From: an uncultured virus (IMG/VR IMGVR_UViG_3300042997_000442)
Lineage: Duplodnaviria > Heunggongvirae > Uroviricota > Caudoviricetes
IMG/VR virus record: IMGVR_UViG_3300042997_000442
Reading direction: 5' to 3' (one strand)
DNA length: 20,000 nt
Part shown: positions 17,653 to 20,000 of the stretch, one piece after another
Numbering within the stretch: position 1 is the stretch's first letter
How the letters are laid out: each line of letters opens with the position of its first letter
Program-made: the position numbers and the translations under genes
The notes under the pieces: model-generated
Database searches by the model: none
What the model saw: only the letters and a program-made list of their open reading frames with translations
Told to the model about the DNA's origin: nothing

Positions 17653-18528
17653 TTAAAAACTTATTATTATTACTAATCCATCTCCTCCTTTACCACCAGA
17701 ACCACCTTGAGCTAGGGTAGCACCAGCACCTCCGCCCCCACCTCCAGAACCTATTCCACCATTACCACCTTTTCCACCATTTGCTGTTACAGAAGCTCCT
17801 CCTCCTGCACCACCTACAGAAAAAAATGGTTTCCATATTGTAACACCATCACCTCCATTAGTTCCATTGACTCCTGCTGTTGAAGAACTAACGCCTAGTG
17901 GTATTAATGGTGAGTATGTAGTTGATAATATTGAACCAGCTTGAAATATTACAGATGTGCTTGTAAAACCTCCACCTGCTGCTCCTGGAGAAGTTATTTG
18001 TGATGTTAAAGGTGTTATGTCTAATAATCCAGTTACAGTATTAACTCTTCCTGCTGTGCTTATAAAATTACCTAGTGTATAAAAAGTTGCTGTTGCTTGA
18101 GTTGAAGCAGTTTCTCCTGCGGCTGTTGAGCCTCCAGCTGCTCCTCCTCCTGCTCCAGCATTACCTGAGATAGCTAATAAATTTTGAGCTATTACTGTTG
18201 GTTGAAGTGCTACTAAACTTCTTGTTCCATTAGCACCTAAGTTACCATTGTTTAAACCACCTGCACCTCCCAATCCTACTTGTACATAAAGAATATCTAA
18301 TAATTGTTGTGCATTATATAAAATTCTAGTAATAGCTCCTGATGCACCTCCACCAGCATTACCATTATTTACAGTTGCTCCAGCACCACCTCCACCACCA
18401 CCACCAATACACATTATATAAACATAATTGCATTTTCTAGGTTTACGCCAAGTTTGCCAAGCACCACCATTAGCATTGAATATCTGTATGTCTTGTTGAC
18501 TATTTGGTATATGAGATAAATCTAACAT
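17653..18528 (-). CDS. Glycine-rich (polyglycine-II type) protein, paralog 3; probable tail fibre/adhesin component
   Basis: 291 aa reading MLDLS...WQTWRKPR...VYIMCIGGGGGGG...LYVQVGLGGAGG...GGKGGDGLVIIISF. Confidence 0.75.
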   Translation of the reverse strand: MLDLSHIPNSQQDIQIFNANGGAWQTWRKPRKCNYVYIMCIGGGGGGGAGATVNNGNAGGGASGAITRILYNAQQLLDILYVQVGLGGAGGLNNGNLGANGTRSLVALQPTVIAQNLLAISGNAGAGGGAAGGSTAAGETASTQATATFYTLGNFISTAGRVNTVTGLLDITPLTSQITSPGAAGGGFTSTSVIFQAGSILSTTYSPLIPLGVSSSTAGVNGTNGGDGVTIWKPFFSVGGAGGGASVTANGGKGGNGGIGSGGGGGGAGATLAQGGSGGKGGDGLVIIISF

Positions 18529-18529
18529 A

Positions 18530-19417
18530 TTATAAACTTGTTGTTATTATTACAAAGCCATCGCCTCCTCTACCGCCATTTCCTGCATTTACTCCTGTAT
18601 TTGAAGATGCACCACCGCCACCGCCACCCGCGCCGGGCGCTCCATCACCACCTTTACCTCCATTTGTTCCTGCTGCAGATGAACCTCCTCCTCCACCACC
18701 GCCATATAACATAAGCGTTGGCTTATACATAATAATACCATTTGCTCCATCTGTGTTTAACGCGGCTCCTAATATACGAGGGAATATGCCTACAGCACTA
18801 AATGGGCACGAACCACCAACTCCTGTTCCCCCTCCTCCTGCGCCTCCTAAAACAAAATTATTAGCTGTTATTTGACCACCTGTTGCAGTACTTCCTCCCT
18901 GTCCTGATACTCCTGATTGAAAAGTAAAAGTGCCTAAATTAGCAAATATATTGTTTGCTATTAATGATATTGCCTCTCCTCCTGATGTTACTGTACCAGC
19001 TGTTGTACCCGCGGCACCTCCAACTGCTCCTGCTGTACCTGAACGCAAAATTACATTTGACACTGATCCTGTACTGGGTATTAAAGTTACGAAACTATTT
19101 TGCCCTGGTGAACCTGCTGTTGCAGGTGCTCCTCCGTTTCCTCCTACTCCTCCTATTCCAGGTAGTATATAAAGAATATCAGGAAGTAAGTTTGCATTAA
19201 TAGTTAATCTTGCAGTAGCTCCTGAACCTCCTCCTGCTCCTCCACCTCTTGGTGTTGAGGCAGATTGAAATCCACCACCTCCTCCAGCACCTGAACCCTG
19301 ACAAATAATATTGACAAGTTTAGCACCCCTTGGTTTTATCCAAGTCTGCCAAGTTCCTCCATTGAAGAAACCTTGTACGTTTGAGTTTTGATTTTGAAAA
19401 TATGATAAATCTAACAT
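18530..19417 (-). CDS. Glycine-rich (polyglycine-II type) protein, paralog 2
   Basis: 295 aa reading MLDLS...WQTWIKPR...VNIICQGSGAGGGGG...LYILPGIGGVGG...GGRGGDGFVIITTSL. Confidence 0.75.
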   Translation of the reverse strand: MLDLSYFQNQNSNVQGFFNGGTWQTWIKPRGAKLVNIICQGSGAGGGGGFQSASTPRGGGAGGGSGATARLTINANLLPDILYILPGIGGVGGNGGAPATAGSPGQNSFVTLIPSTGSVSNVILRSGTAGAVGGAAGTTAGTVTSGGEAISLIANNIFANLGTFTFQSGVSGQGGSTATGGQITANNFVLGGAGGGGTGVGGSCPFSAVGIFPRILGAALNTDGANGIIMYKPTLMLYGGGGGGGSSAAGTNGGKGGDGAPGAGGGGGGASSNTGVNAGNGGRGGDGFVIITTSL

Positions 19418-20000
19418 ATAACTGTAATTATTACTAATCCATCACCGCCATTTCCGCCTGCTCCAAATACAGGGCCTGAACCTCCTCCCGCACCGCCACA
19501 TCCATAATATCCATTACCGCCCCTACCACCTGATGCTCCTGCAAAATTAGTAGAGCCGCCTGATGCTCCACCTGTTCCGCAGAAAGGCTGTAAAGTTCCA
19601 TATCCATTATCTCCTGATGTTGCGTTCCCTGTTGTACTACCTATACCACCATTTACTTGTGATGTTAATATAACAGGAGCAGCTAAAATTGAGGTTCCAT
19701 TAAATGCTCCTGCTCCTTTCCCTGCTCCGCCTACACCACCTGTTACCAAATTTGACGCTAAAGCTGTAAGACTAAGACCTGAACCGCCTTGACTGCCTCC
19801 CGTTGTGCCTGCTACGCCCGCTATTGCAGTGAATAATGCTAAATTACCAAATGCCGATAAAGACACAACTGATATTGTAGGAGCTGTGCCTCCTGCACCA
19901 CCCGATGCTGCCGCACCATTTCCGCCATCTGATACAGTGGTTGAAGATTTACAAATTAATGTTTGTTCCGATGTTGATGGCTGTAAAGATACATAACTAA
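19411..20000 (-). CDS. Glycine-rich (polyglycine-II type) protein, paralog 1 (5'-truncated by the window)
   Basis: The frame stays open beyond the called GTG at 19866 to the window edge (SYVSLQPSTSEQTLICKS..., aligning with SLVALQPT and SFVTLIPS of the paralogs). Ends GGNGGDGLVIITVIC. Confidence 0.75.
   Translation of the reverse strand, partial: SYVSLQPSTSEQTLICKSSTTVSDGGNGAAASGGAGGTAPTISVVSLSAFGNLALFTAIAGVAGTTGGSQGGSGLSLTALASNLVTGGVGGAGKGAGAFNGTSILAAPVILTSQVNGGIGSTTGNATSGDNGYGTLQPFCGTGGASGGSTNFAGASGGRGGNGYYGCGGAGGGSGPVFGAGGNGGDGLVIITVIC

Noticed and set aside
471..19417. Stop-codon reassignment as in some gut crAss-like phages
   Set aside because: Genes are full length under code 11, and TAG (14379, 15432, 19411) and TGA (14596) end genes right at or overlapping the next start.
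19411..19866. ORF-track start at GTG 19866 (151 aa)
   Set aside because: The frame is open to the window edge and aligns with the middle of the paralogs, so the true start lies outside the window.
18504..19996. Proline-rich plus-strand ORFs and locally higher GC
   Set aside because: They mirror GGN glycine codons (CCN on the opposite strand). The GC rise is explained by Gly/Ala content and is not evidence of a separate element.
17653..20000. Diversity-generating retroelement or invertible cassette behind the Gly-rich paralogs
   Set aside because: I saw no near-identical TR/VR pair differing at adenines and no inverted repeats. No reverse transcriptase or recombinase lies in the window, and the paralogs are diverged throughout.

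Overview
The window is one continuous, tightly packed, minus-strand late operon of an AT-rich tailed dsDNA phage of the crAss-like lineage (Crassvirales or a sister group of Bacteroidota/Flavobacteria podoviruses). The standard genetic code fits, since TAA, TAG and TGA all act as stops. In transcription order (20000 to 1) it carries: at least three tandem paralogous glycine-rich genes; a VanZ-like membrane protein; a lysis cassette (two holin candidates, an M15 peptidase endolysin and an overlapping spanin-like pair); two small hypothetical genes; a tandem double-GroES co-chaperonin; a putative TerS; TerL; portal; an acidic scaffold-like protein; the major capsid protein and its terminator; a conserved virion-module protein; two head-tail ring proteins; and a tail stabilization (muzzle) protein apparently split over two genes. 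The most interesting observations are four. First, a non-canonical spanin pair whose outer partner has no lipobox but has a signal peptide, a coiled coil and four beta strands ending in Phe, with both partners rich in Bacteroidota O-glycosylation-like D-S/T sequons. Second, a Cpn20-like tandem GroES whose gene overlaps the terminase genes. Third, an array of stand-alone polyglycine-II-type paralogs. Fourth, the split muzzle with cadherin-like additions. All calls come from motif and synteny recognition by eye; no database search was run.
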